This document shows, one piece after another, positions 27,807-36,903 of a DNA stretch of 46,976 nt; position 1 is the stretch's first letter, and every line of letters starts with the position of its first letter. The stretch lies in NCBI GenBank assembly GCA_027036675.1, contig JALWDW010000005.1:1-46976 (forward strand). Reading direction: 5' to 3'. The position numbers and the translations under genes are program-made. Source of the stretch: Candidatus Dojkabacteria bacterium (GTDB lineage Bacteria > Patescibacteriota > Dojkabacteria > SC72 > JAHDCA01). The notes under the pieces are model-generated. The model searched no databases, was not told the DNA's origin, and was given only the letters and a program-made list of their open reading frames with translations.

Positions 27807-28913
27807 GTGCCAAAACACACATATACCTTGACTCGAGAAAATGTTTCTCTAAAACCGTACAACGGCTATCGTGTCGAGGCTACGGCGAAACTTTTCGCTC
27901 CAATTCACAGCGGATCGGATATTATGACAATCTTGCAATCTCGCACGATACGGGATATGCCGAAACTCGTGCTGGGGCAAGGATTCAATACATTGCCTAT
28001 CGGTAATATCGACAGATTGGTGATGTTGAATAAGATCAAGGGCGTGGCGATGGTGGACGAAACCGATGATTACGTCATACTGAAAGTCGGCACCGGAGAA
28101 GATTGGATCAACCTGGTACGGTATACTGTCAAGCGCGGATGGGGCGGGATGGAAAATATGACTATGATATACGGTACGGTCGGGTCCTCCGTAGCTCAAA
28201 ATATCGCAGCATACGGGCAACAAACAAGCGATCTGGTAGTGGACGTGGAAGCCGTGGAATTGTCGACCGGCAAACTCCATAAATTCACCGCCGACCAATG
28301 CGGTTATGAGTACAGAGAAAGTTTTTTCAAAAACAAATGGTTTGGCAAGTATTTCTTAACTTATGTAACGCTTAAATTAACAAAGAAACCCAAAGTGGAT
28401 TTAACGTACTGGTCTTACAAACACGGAGCTGTCAGTACGGAAATAAAGAAAATGGCGAGAGAACCATTCACCGTAGCCGATATAGAAAGAACATTGCGGA
28501 TAATGCGGTTGAATAAATTTGGAGATGCACTCAAGGGATCCTACGGTATGTGTGGCAGCCACTTCAAAAATCCCAATATCACCAAAGAAAAGTACTTGGA
28601 GATACGAGCGGAAATGCCAGCCTTGCAATACTATCCGGTCGAAGGAATGAAATACCCACCAAACGACATAGATGCTCTACCCGACGGCGCGATGGTACGA
28701 GTCTCGTTGGCTCACATATTTGACGAGGTATTTAAATTCCGCAATTACTGGGAAGGACACGTGGGGGTATCCGAAAATCAAGCTCTGAATATTTACACCG
28801 ACGGTGAGGCGAGCGGACAGGAGGTACTGGATTTCACCGACATGATGGTACGCAAGATGAAAGAACGCTTCGATGTCGATATTGAGCGGGAAGTGAAAGT
28901 GATAAAAGATTAG
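27807..28913 (+). CDS. murB: UDP-N-acetylenolpyruvoylglucosamine reductase
   Basis: VLGQGFN, GMENMTMIYGTVG..QNIAAYG, YEYRESFFK, CGSHFKNP, IEREV. Confidence 0.92.
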   Translation: MPKHTYTLTRENVSLKPYNGYRVEATAKLFAPIHSGSDIMTILQSRTIRDMPKLVLGQGFNTLPIGNIDRLVMLNKIKGVAMVDETDDYVILKVGTGEDWINLVRYTVKRGWGGMENMTMIYGTVGSSVAQNIAAYGQQTSDLVVDVEAVELSTGKLHKFTADQCGYEYRESFFKNKWFGKYFLTYVTLKLTKKPKVDLTYWSYKHGAVSTEIKKMAREPFTVADIERTLRIMRLNKFGDALKGSYGMCGSHFKNPNITKEKYLEIRAEMPALQYYPVEGMKYPPNDIDALPDGAMVRVSLAHIFDEVFKFRNYWEGHVGVSENQALNIYTDGEASGQEVLDFTDMMVRKMKERFDVDIEREVKVIKD

Positions 28914-28931
28914 CCATAAGCCGCGAGCCTT

Positions 28932-29756
28932 ATGAAATTCATCAGCGCAAATACTGGGTCAAAAAGGTTTCCACCTGATGCCAAGGTTGTTTATTCATGG
29001 GGTGCGCCTACTGGCAACATGTCTCCCAAGTATATTGCGGATAACGGGCAAACTCTGGCAAAACTATCGAAGCAATACACACGTTTGACTAAATTGTATA
29101 CGGCCCAATTGTCTGATTTATTTATGATGAATCCGGAGCACGGGGTGAATCACGCAATCGTTGATGAGTACGACAAGGCCGGTACGTCATCCATAGGACG
29201 ACTCGGCACAACTGAAGTCCCGAATTCGGATATCATCATCACCACCGACCGCAGTATAATACTCGGTGCGTTGCCGGCGGATTGCATCATCGCTGTGATC
29301 ACAGATGGCAATATTTTGGCATTGGTACACGCTGGCAGACGAGGTACAGATCTTATGATCGGGTACCATGCAATAGATGCAATACTCAAGGCCAGACCTG
29401 AGACAAATATCTCGAAGCTATCCGTCTGGATCAGTCCAAACCTTTCACCTGAAAGTGGTGCAATGCCACACTACGACACATTACTAAATACCGACATCTG
29501 GATCGACAATGGATTCTTACGTGAAGTTGAGGACAACCTTAACGGGCGATATGCATTGGACATCGAAGGTTTCTTCACGTGGCAACTCACCCAAAAAGGT
29601 ATCCCCATTTCAAATATTACTTCAACAGGATTGGATACATACCAAAATGCCTTAGAGCGTAAAACTTTTTCACATCGCCTCGCTTCACAAAGGGAAGACA
29701 TTCCAAACGGACGCTTTATCGTCACTGCTCAACTGACCTCTAGCAAAGACAAATAA
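28932..29756 (+). CDS. pgeF: PgeF/YfiH (laccase-domain) family protein
   Basis: PEHG, LPADCII, ALVHAGRRG, FSHR. Confidence 0.82.
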   Translation: MKFISANTGSKRFPPDAKVVYSWGAPTGNMSPKYIADNGQTLAKLSKQYTRLTKLYTAQLSDLFMMNPEHGVNHAIVDEYDKAGTSSIGRLGTTEVPNSDIIITTDRSIILGALPADCIIAVITDGNILALVHAGRRGTDLMIGYHAIDAILKARPETNISKLSVWISPNLSPESGAMPHYDTLLNTDIWIDNGFLREVEDNLNGRYALDIEGFFTWQLTQKGIPISNITSTGLDTYQNALERKTFSHRLASQREDIPNGRFIVTAQLTSSKDK

Positions 29757-29773
29757 CGCTCGAATTAGCCGTG

Positions 29774-30484
29774 TTATTTAGCTGAACATATTACAACCCA
29801 CTCACCCTTGATGACTCCGTCCTCAAATACAGCTTTCAGGGATTCTTGCACCTCTACAGGGGTCCCAGTGAAAAACTCTTCATGCTTTTTCGTCATATCT
29901 TTCGCCAAAAAGACTTTGTGAAACTTATCCAACTGCACAAGCAGATCCAGCAATTTCATAATCCTATGCGGTGATTCGTACAGTACCGCGCTAAACCCTT
30001 CCGGGACCCGTGCCAAAAGTTCATGACGCCTCTTTTCGCTTTTTGGCAAAAAGCCCAAAAACACAAACTTATCTGTAGGTAAACCACTGACACTGAGAGC
30101 GGATATCACCGCAGACGCCCCGGGGACAGGGACGACTGCATATCCTTGTTCACGCAACCTTGCGACAAGTTTGTAACCTGGATCGGAGATCAACGGTGTA
30201 CCATTGTCACTTACCAACGCTAAATCCAAGCCTACATCCAGTTTTTCTTCAATCTTGCCAATCATCCGATCGTGATTTTGGTCTCTATACGACACCATCC
30301 GTGTGGTAATTTCGTACCGTTGAAACAATTTTGCCGTCTGTCGCGTATCCTCGGCTAAAACAAACGTCACTTGTTTTAGTATTTCTACAGCCCGAACCGT
30401 GATATCGCCCAGGTTACCGATGGGAGTGGCTACAACATACAAAGTGCCGGTACCTTTAGTTTTGTTATAGAGGGTTTGTCCCAT
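29774..30484 (-). CDS. rsmI: 16S rRNA C1402 2'-O-methyltransferase RsmI
   Basis: LYVVATPIGNLGDIT, AEDTR, LVSDNGTPLISDPG, FLGFLP, YESPHR. Confidence 0.96.
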   Translation of the reverse strand: MGQTLYNKTKGTGTLYVVATPIGNLGDITVRAVEILKQVTFVLAEDTRQTAKLFQRYEITTRMVSYRDQNHDRMIGKIEEKLDVGLDLALVSDNGTPLISDPGYKLVARLREQGYAVVPVPGASAVISALSVSGLPTDKFVFLGFLPKSEKRRHELLARVPEGFSAVLYESPHRIMKLLDLLVQLDKFHKVFLAKDMTKKHEEFFTGTPVEVQESLKAVFEDGVIKGEWVVICSAK

Positions 30485-30496
30485 CTTCAAAAATAA

Positions 30497-31966
30497 TCAG
30501 TTCGCCGGACGCAAATCGAGCCCCTCTACGAAGCTATCCAACGACTTTGCGCTCATGATGACAAATACGCTGTTTTTATCGGTATTTTCTGCGAGAAATC
30601 TCTTTATTTTCTCTGTCTTGGGAATATATGATACGTTTTTATTCGTTTTACCGATAACCTCCAGGAAGTCCTTCCCGTACACTCTCTTGTTCTCCGCTTG
30701 AGACGCTTTGACTATGATTTTGGGGATAATCACATGATCAGCCTGATCAAATACACCCTCGTAAGGTTTGATACTATCTTTGCCCTCGTTGTTTGAAAGT
30801 CGCGGATTAAACAATACAACCACGTTGTTTTCAGTGTAACGTGTACGGATCGCATCAAGAGTCGCTTTCACTTTTGGCGGTGAATGCGCGAAGTCATCCA
30901 ATACTATAGCGCCGGTAGGCAGGTATCCGAGAGGCTCCATTCTCCTTTTTACATTTTTAAAAGACTTCAATCCCGCCTGGATATCTTTTACCGATATTCC
31001 CAGATCGTGTAAAACCGCAATCACAGATAAAGCATTTTCCACATTGTGCATCCCTATAAGCGGAGACTGAAAGGTACCGAGGGATTCACCGGCATGTAAG
31101 ACCTCAAACGAGGTATATTGTTCACCAAATTGTATGTTTGTTGCGATATAATCGATCGCATCATCGGATACAGTTTCAGCCAACCTATTTGGCAACGAGT
31201 TTATCTTATAAGTCAAATATGTCCCGCCATTTACCATATGCTGCTCAAGCACTTTCTTGTTGTTTACACCACTCGCACAAACATAGAGTTTACCTTTGTT
31301 TTCAACGACCTTTTCACTAAGCATATAATATGCTTCCACATAGCTGTCCTCAGTAGGATAGATATTGACATGATCGTGTTGAGCTGATGTGAGGATAGCG
31401 TATTTCGGCGAATACCGGTAGAATTTTGGTACCTCATCGTGGTGGAATACCGAATAATACTCATCCCCTTCAATTACCGACCATTCGCTGTCCGTATGTC
31501 TGACTCCTCTTTCGAAGTCCAAAGGTTGTCCTCCCAACATAAATGACGGACTTTTGCCGGCTTCGTCGAGTATCCACGCAGTCAAGGCCGTAGTGGTCGT
31601 CTTGCCGTAACTGCCGGTCACGACTATGTTTTGCTCGTGGACTATGTATTTGTCAACAAGGTATACAAAGCCGTGCAAATCTTTGTTCAGTGTCTTCGCC
31701 TCCAAATACTCGGGGTTGTTTACATCTATCATCAAAGGGCCGCCACCTATAATGACAAGATCGGCGTCACGCACGTTCGCGAGGTCATCGTACTTGCCAA
31801 CATGTACAGCGATCCCATTGTTGTCGAACAGGCTTTTGGCAGGCTCCCAACAACTACTATCACTGCCGGTCACCTTCCAACCCAATTCACTCATCATCAC
31901 AGCAATCGGCGCTATCGCACTCCCGGCAATCCCTATAAAGTGTACATGTTTGATATCTGATTTCAT
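30497..31966 (-). CDS. Mur ligase of the MurC/Mpl type
   Basis: HVHFIGIAGSAI, VTGSYGKTTT, VIEGDEY, HDHVNIY, VKRRME, DDFAHSP. The EGDEY and DDFAH signatures look Mpl-like, but MurC cannot be excluded. Confidence 0.85.
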   Translation of the reverse strand: MKSDIKHVHFIGIAGSAIAPIAVMMSELGWKVTGSDSSCWEPAKSLFDNNGIAVHVGKYDDLANVRDADLVIIGGGPLMIDVNNPEYLEAKTLNKDLHGFVYLVDKYIVHEQNIVVTGSYGKTTTTALTAWILDEAGKSPSFMLGGQPLDFERGVRHTDSEWSVIEGDEYYSVFHHDEVPKFYRYSPKYAILTSAQHDHVNIYPTEDSYVEAYYMLSEKVVENKGKLYVCASGVNNKKVLEQHMVNGGTYLTYKINSLPNRLAETVSDDAIDYIATNIQFGEQYTSFEVLHAGESLGTFQSPLIGMHNVENALSVIAVLHDLGISVKDIQAGLKSFKNVKRRMEPLGYLPTGAIVLDDFAHSPPKVKATLDAIRTRYTENNVVVLFNPRLSNNEGKDSIKPYEGVFDQADHVIIPKIIVKASQAENKRVYGKDFLEVIGKTNKNVSYIPKTEKIKRFLAENTDKNSVFVIMSAKSLDSFVEGLDLRPAN

Positions 31967-32004
31967 AGCTTGATTATATCACTCACTGTCGGACTCACAT
32001 ATCC

Positions 32005-33423
32005 CTATTTCACCGATTTCCCGTTAGATTTCTCTGTGTTTATATTTCCCAATTCTTCTTGTACTACGGCAACATCGTCCCACGGTATTTCGTGGATCCC
32101 GTCAATATTCATACTTTGTTCATGACCTTTACCGGTGATCAAGACAAGTGACCCGGGTTTGGCAAGTTGCAATGCTTGCCGTATCGCTTCGCGCCGATCG
32201 GGGATATCATATACTTCCACCTTCCGTCCACTGTCTTCCAACTCTCGATCTATACCACGCCTGATTTCACTATTTATTTTCTTGACCGATTCGCCTCTAG
32301 GATCTTCCGCAGTCAGTATCACCATGTCGGCGTAGCGGGAGGCCCATTTCCCCATTTCGGGCCTTTTGTATGTATCCCGCTTGGACGCCGCGCCGAAGAC
32401 TACGATGAGTTGCTTGTTCTCTTGTATGTCTCGAGCATATTTCAGCACTTGATGCAGGCTGTTTGGCGTGTGGGCAAAGTCCACGACTACGGAGTACGGT
32501 CGGGTTTGGATAATTTGCCATCTCCCCCTCAGGCCATGCAGAGAGGACAACGCTTTGACTGCGTCACGGGGTGCGACGGCCAACGCCGCCGCCGCGACAG
32601 CGGCGGCGGCGTTGTATGCGTTGTAAACTCCGCCCACCGGCAATCGCACAGCATACCGCTCGGATACTTCCGCATGAGTCTCATTTTGACCACGAACGAT
32701 AAGGTCAAATGATACGTGATTGATGTCCTCCGCCTTGATATGCTCGATCTTATAATCACAATCCTCATTCGTACCATACGTGCGAAGTTGAATATCCGGA
32801 GCTTGGGCCGATATTTGTTTGTACTTAGACAATAACCGGTCAAAACTTTTGTCGTCCCGATTTAATACCGCAAGACCTCCGGGTTTCAGTTTCTCGATCA
32901 GTCGTCCTTTGACATTGACAAGGTTCTCGTACGTACCGTGGTGGTCCAAATGTTCGTTGGATATATTGGTAAAGACGGCGACTTCGAATTTAATTCCCTC
33001 GACCCTATGTTGGTAAAGCCCGTGTGATGTTGTTTCCAAGACGACATACTTCAGTCCTTTTTTGACCGCTTGTGCCAAAAGCTTCTGCAAGACCCGCGGG
33101 TCGGGGTTGGTCACATGGAGCCCGGTGGGAGATGTATCGTCACCCAATTTCGCGGCTATGGTAGATATCAACGCAACTTTCCCAAGGTTCTCGTTTAGTA
33201 TATGGTAGATCATCGTAGATGTAGTGGTCTTCCCGTCGGTCCCCGTCACACCGATCACCGTCAGTTTCCGTGCGGGGAACCGATAGTACAGGTTCCAAAA
33301 CCACGCCTTAGGCAAATGCCAGAAGGTGTTGATCAGGGCCTGGCATTTGAAGTCGGGGTTCAACCCCAGGGTTGAACCCCAGGCTTGACATATGTGCGTA
33401 ACCACTCTGCGGATTCTCGACAT
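32005..33423 (-). CDS. murE: UDP-MurNAc-dipeptide:diamino-acid ligase MurE
   Basis: VIGVTGTDGKTTT, LETTSHGL, FTNISNEHLDHH, VVDFAHTP, TAEDPRGE, ITGKGHE. Confidence 0.92.
   Translation of the reverse strand: MSRIRRVVTHICQAWGSTLGLNPDFKCQALINTFWHLPKAWFWNLYYRFPARKLTVIGVTGTDGKTTTSTMIYHILNENLGKVALISTIAAKLGDDTSPTGLHVTNPDPRVLQKLLAQAVKKGLKYVVLETTSHGLYQHRVEGIKFEVAVFTNISNEHLDHHGTYENLVNVKGRLIEKLKPGGLAVLNRDDKSFDRLLSKYKQISAQAPDIQLRTYGTNEDCDYKIEHIKAEDINHVSFDLIVRGQNETHAEVSERYAVRLPVGGVYNAYNAAAAVAAAALAVAPRDAVKALSSLHGLRGRWQIIQTRPYSVVVDFAHTPNSLHQVLKYARDIQENKQLIVVFGAASKRDTYKRPEMGKWASRYADMVILTAEDPRGESVKKINSEIRRGIDRELEDSGRKVEVYDIPDRREAIRQALQLAKPGSLVLITGKGHEQSMNIDGIHEIPWDDVAVVQEELGNINTEKSNGKSVK
33349..33387 (+). repeat. 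Dispersed palindromic repeat family, copy G (inside the murE 5' coding region)
   Basis: gaagtcggggttcaaccccagggttgaaccccaggcttg; contains a perfect 12-bp inverted repeat ggggttcaaccc-ca-gggttgaacccc. Confidence 0.75.
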
Positions 33424-33454
33424 GAAAAACTTTTTTATTTAATATAACTTTCAC

Positions 33455-34567
33455 CTACCACCCCAAAAAAAGCCCCAAAACCGCGGCAAGTGCCCCAATC
33501 AGCCAAAATCTCATCACCACCTTCTCCTCAGACCAGCCCCTAAATTGCAGATCGAGGTGCAACGGGGCAATTTTAAAAAGCCTTCGCCCGCGCAATATCC
33601 TATACACACTTTGCAAAAGCGACGAGCTGATGATTATTACAAACATGACCCCAACCACCGGCAACAATACGACTCTGTCCAGAGCAAACGCGATTGAAGC
33701 CATCATAGCACCCAATGCCAATGAACCGACGTCCCCCATCTCAAATCGTGCTGGTTTGATATTGAAATACAAATATGCCAATAGAGTCCCGATTGTCACT
33801 GAAATCAGCAACGATAGATCTGGATTGCCTTTGTGAATGGCAAACACCAACAGTGCACCGAATACCGGGATCGCCAATCCCGACGCCAATCCGTCTGCGC
33901 CGTCCGCTATATTCACAGCATTTGCCATCGATACGACTGTAAATACAATAAGCACCGGCATCAGGATTCCCAGCTTCAACGGCTCATGAAAAGGCAACCA
34001 TATGGTATCCCAACCCAGTCGGTAGTATATCCACCAGGCCACCATCACTCCCGCCCCAATTTGGACGAGTATTTTTTCACCGGCCTGTATACCTTTACCC
34101 GGATTGGAACCAAGCCTATACCAAAAATTCAGGTACATATTCCAGGGCAATTCCAAAAACAACCTGACCCGCTTCAGTTTGCTCCTATGAACTCGTACAA
34201 GCCGCCATTGTTTCCCGACAGGACGCAAAATCCTTTTACGGCCGTATATATTCAACACATCGTCAAGGCCCCCAAGTAATGCGGTCCCGAGCAATACGAT
34301 GATTGGCACGTATGTATTGCCGTTCCAATTGAAAAGCAGCGTTAGTATCGCAGTGGTAAGCACGATCAATAACCCTCCCATGATCGGAGTACCGGCTTTC
34401 GTGCCTTTTGTGTATACAATATGCGCATATTCGTTTTTGCTCAGCCTGACTATCTTGAATTTGTACAATACATGTATAAGTACGGGAGCCCAAGCCATCG
34501 AGATTGCAAATGACACCAAGATAAAAAACATTGATTCTTGAAACAAGCCATCTATATGAAAATGCAT
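33455..34567 (-). CDS. mraY: Phospho-N-acetylmuramoyl-pentapeptide transferase MraY (divergent)
   Basis: KAGTPIMGG, GGLDD, NAVNIADGADGLA, FNIKPARFEMGDVGS, APLH...GWSEEKVVMRFW; multiple TM helices. Confidence 0.92.
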   Translation of the reverse strand: MHFHIDGLFQESMFFILVSFAISMAWAPVLIHVLYKFKIVRLSKNEYAHIVYTKGTKAGTPIMGGLLIVLTTAILTLLFNWNGNTYVPIIVLLGTALLGGLDDVLNIYGRKRILRPVGKQWRLVRVHRSKLKRVRLFLELPWNMYLNFWYRLGSNPGKGIQAGEKILVQIGAGVMVAWWIYYRLGWDTIWLPFHEPLKLGILMPVLIVFTVVSMANAVNIADGADGLASGLAIPVFGALLVFAIHKGNPDLSLLISVTIGTLLAYLYFNIKPARFEMGDVGSLALGAMMASIAFALDRVVLLPVVGVMFVIIISSSLLQSVYRILRGRRLFKIAPLHLDLQFRGWSEEKVVMRFWLIGALAAVLGLFLGW

Positions 34568-34572
34568 GTCGG

Positions 34573-35430
34573 TTACTTCTTCCTCAAATTACTGTGACAT
34601 TCCTCAGATATAATATCATTGCGGAGTTTGTCAAAAAACTTCAATCGTCTCAATCCGTTATCATCGGCGTTGTTTTTCATACCCTCCAGGGTCCAGCATT
34701 TATTGGCTTTACTATCCCAATCCTTCCAATTCTGTGTCTCCAGAGGCTCATCGGGGGAGGTTATCTCGATACGCCCCCTACGTACACCGTTTTGATCACC
34801 GTACTGCTCGTTGGAATTAACATACTCTATCTCAACAACCTTATGGCCTTTTTTCAACACCTTGGACACCAACAGTACGTGATCTCCTCGTTTGACACCT
34901 TTGGTCCGTATAAGATCTCCCGGCATCACTTCATTGAGGTGGACTCTATCCGTGTTTTTGTCGGAAGTCAGGATGTTTGCGCTAATATTTGAAATAGGAC
35001 GTAATCTCACTTTGATATGGGATAATAAATTCCTATACGGGTAATCCAAATTGGACAGCAATGAACCGGCATGCGCATGATGAATCCAATAATCCAATAC
35101 CTGTGCGACAAAACCGGAACAATCAATACCCAACCCGTGTTCACTCATAAACTGACGGATTTGCTCTTTGCCCATTTTTTGTAGATCGACACCCTTCAAC
35201 TGAGCGATAATCCGAGTCTCCAGTGCGATCTCGTCAGGCGAGCCTTTACCGACCAATGATCGCAAATCCGAATGGGAACGTTTGACATTGCGATAATACG
35301 GCACAGGCACCCGGACGTCAAATATACGCAATCCTTCATACTGCTTGATAAATGACTCCACATAGGACGGCAATTTGTATTCAGTGCAAACACCATTACT
35401 TTTGTTTGTCGCAGATTTGGGATTTTTCAT
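34573..35430 (-). CDS. NlpC/P60-like cysteine peptidase/amidase, no signal peptide
   Basis: GIDCSGFV catalytic Cys motif, PGDLI, DHVLLV catalytic His; hydrophilic N-terminus. Confidence 0.75.
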   Translation of the reverse strand: MKNPKSATNKSNGVCTEYKLPSYVESFIKQYEGLRIFDVRVPVPYYRNVKRSHSDLRSLVGKGSPDEIALETRIIAQLKGVDLQKMGKEQIRQFMSEHGLGIDCSGFVAQVLDYWIHHAHAGSLLSNLDYPYRNLLSHIKVRLRPISNISANILTSDKNTDRVHLNEVMPGDLIRTKGVKRGDHVLLVSKVLKKGHKVVEIEYVNSNEQYGDQNGVRRGRIEITSPDEPLETQNWKDWDSKANKCWTLEGMKNNADDNGLRRLKFFDKLRNDIISEECHSNLRKK

Positions 35431-35436
35431 ATGTTT

Positions 35437-36876
35437 TCAGCTGATTATAGCATTGTCGAGCAGAAACGCCGTATCTATATTTTCATGCGAACATGCACAT
35501 TGTATCCTGGAAAACTCCGTCCCGACAGATACGTTTTGTCCATCTGCAGTATGAGTATACAAAAATTCACCTTCACCGACATTACGGAATGCATATGTTT
35601 CCCTCAGCATCGAGCGGGTACTGCCAGCGTAAACACCGATTGGTTTTTTGAACTTGTAAGCGGTCGGAGCGTCCCCGGTATTGCGGGCTAGTATCTGTGA
35701 AGCCTTGATATTGTCAAACGCATGGGAATTATAATCCTCCATATACTCATCGATATTCCGCGCGTCTATCGGTGTACCCAACCAGCGGGGATTTACACTC
35801 GACATATTTCCCCGAACCTCATTGACAACTCCATACCTCTTATACCGTGCGGATTTGCTCGCACTCATGAACCAATCTATATGAAAAGCCTCGAGAGGTA
35901 TCCACCCTCGGCCTTCATCCAGCATTGCATGCATACTTACAGAGGCTGTCTGACGAGCGTTCACTTCTATGATGACTGGGCGGTCGGCATTCACCATGAA
36001 ATCCACCCCAAAAAGGCCATAATACGACCGGGCGGTCAGCATCCTCCCGATATTCTCTATCTCCGCACGCAACGCATCTTTTACATTGGCGGACAGTTCA
36101 TCAGACTTGGACCAATCATTGCCGACGGTCCCTCCATCCACATACGGAGTCAAACCCGGCAACCCGGTGATCTGAAAAGACAACCCGCCGTACAAAACGC
36201 CTTCGGGCAAGTTTACGGCATTGATAGTCCACGTCGCTCCGTCCAACATTTCACTGACACGCACTTGCAGCCCCGTATGCTTTTGGACGATCTTTTCGTA
36301 TTCTCCCTCACCTGTAATGAATTTCGTGCCTGTACCGGAATGCCCTCTATCAAGTTGGACAACCAGGTTTTGAGTACCCAACTTTTGAGTTAACTTTTTA
36401 TACGAACCCTCGGTCAGTGTTGTAATCACAGACTTCGGGATGGTGATGCCATACTTCACAAACAATTCGTGTTGAGATACTTTTTTCTCGATCGTTGCAG
36501 ACACTTGTGCGGAAGCGTTTAGCAGTCTATATCCAAACATAGAAGCCAATCTTTCAATCTTCTCCGATATTTTGAATACTATGATATTTGGTTTGTATCC
36601 ACTGTCGTGTAATCCGGTATTTTCCAAGTACTCATCTGTGTGAGAAGAAATAAATTCACGAACGATATCTTGTTGCATCAACTTAGCCGTACTACGAAAT
36701 ATAGGGTTCGGGGTTTTCAAGGTTTCTCCCAAAGAAAAAACACTGACACAAGTTTCCCGCAGGTATGGGATCATAGGATGATCGTCGATACAAACTATAT
36801 GGAAGTTTTTGTATAATTTCTCCAATCCGAGAGCCCTTTCCGGATCGTTTGTCAGGTAAAAGACAGGTTCGTTCAT
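35437..36876 (-). CDS. ATP-grasp domain ligase, unknown substrate
   Basis: IEKKVSQ, VVQLDRGHSGTGT glycine loop, VSEML, GLFGVDFMV and IIEVNAR (ExN metal-binding motif). Confidence 0.85.
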   Translation of the reverse strand: MNEPVFYLTNDPERALGLEKLYKNFHIVCIDDHPMIPYLRETCVSVFSLGETLKTPNPIFRSTAKLMQQDIVREFISSHTDEYLENTGLHDSGYKPNIIVFKISEKIERLASMFGYRLLNASAQVSATIEKKVSQHELFVKYGITIPKSVITTLTEGSYKKLTQKLGTQNLVVQLDRGHSGTGTKFITGEGEYEKIVQKHTGLQVRVSEMLDGATWTINAVNLPEGVLYGGLSFQITGLPGLTPYVDGGTVGNDWSKSDELSANVKDALRAEIENIGRMLTARSYYGLFGVDFMVNADRPVIIEVNARQTASVSMHAMLDEGRGWIPLEAFHIDWFMSASKSARYKRYGVVNEVRGNMSSVNPRWLGTPIDARNIDEYMEDYNSHAFDNIKASQILARNTGDAPTAYKFKKPIGVYAGSTRSMLRETYAFRNVGEGEFLYTHTADGQNVSVGTEFSRIQCACSHENIDTAFLLDNAIIS

Positions 36877-36903
36877 CACCAAATTCGATAAAATACGTAT
36901 AGA

